A DNA stretch of 24,567 nucleotides, taken from Armatimonadota bacterium. Lineage in GTDB: Bacteria > Armatimonadota > Hebobacteria > CAIYQO01. The notes beneath the pieces were generated by a model. The model did no database searches. It was not told where the DNA came from and worked only from the letters and a program-made list of their open reading frames with translations. Where the stretch lies: positions 1 through 24,567 of the forward strand of contig JBBRXO010000032.1 in NCBI GenBank assembly GCA_038248345.1, written 5' to 3'. This document shows positions 24,302-24,567 of the stretch, one piece after another (positions within the stretch are counted from its first letter, which is position 1; the number at the start of each line of letters is the position of its first letter). A program made the position numbers and the translations under genes.

Positions 24302-24567
24302 ATGAGAAGAGCGGATAAGCAAATCACTGATATGGCGGAGATTATGGCGATTATCGGGCGCACTCCGGTGTGCCATTTGGGGCTGTGCGATGGTGGGTTG
24401 CCCTATGTGGTGCCGATGAATTTCGGCATGGTGGGCGAGAAGCTCTATCTGCATTGCGCCACCGCGGGACGCAAACTTGAGACCATCCGCACCAACCCGG
24501 AAGTGTGCGTGGAATTCGCTATTGATGTAGAGCTTGTTCACGGCGCAACATCCTGCAACTGCAGCGC
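24302..24567 (+). CDS. Pyridoxamine 5'-phosphate oxidase-like / NimA-family flavin-binding protein (partial, runs off the window)
   Basis: Translated by hand, absent from the ORF track: MRRADKQITD..CHLGLCDGGLPYVVPMNFG..LYLHCATAGRKLETIRTNPEVCVEF; GAGGA SD. Confidence 0.88.
   Translation, partial: MRRADKQITDMAEIMAIIGRTPVCHLGLCDGGLPYVVPMNFGMVGEKLYLHCATAGRKLETIRTNPEVCVEFAIDVELVHGATSCNCS

Noticed and set aside
24172..24541. 64-aa N-terminal extension of hisD and minus-strand ORF 24242-24541
   Set aside because: The extension spans the hisD promoter, and both overlap the plus-strand NimA/PNPOx-like gene starting at 24302.

Overview
Gene-dense, GC-rich bacterial chromosomal window, probably from a diderm with anaerobic-type metabolism; the taxon cannot be fixed from sequence alone. 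Housekeeping genes (CNNM/CorC transporter, alr, engB, leuB, tsaE, a divergent hisD) are mixed with accessory genes. Two candidate systems stand out. (1) A 1007-aa protein (13757-16780) joins a complete MraY-like membrane phosphotransferase, two TPR-like repeats and a C-terminal APH/AmgK-like kinase-fold domain with Glu at the catalytic Asp position; it lies outside any dcw cluster and is divergent from tsaE. (2) A four-gene secreted-protein operon (17956-22860) is organised like a non-canonical chaperone-usher fimbrial system. The window also holds a DNA methyltransferase/Mrr-like nuclease fusion with a compositionally distinct target-recognition region, an orphan zinc-binding anti-sigma factor behind an ECF-type promoter, and a stand-alone AcsE-like pterin-binding methyltransferase. 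Several REP/MITE-like palindromic repeat families fill the intergenic gaps, and there is a candidate small structured RNA at the left end. No rRNA, tRNA, CRISPR array or transposase was seen. All family assignments come from motif recognition by eye, not database searches.
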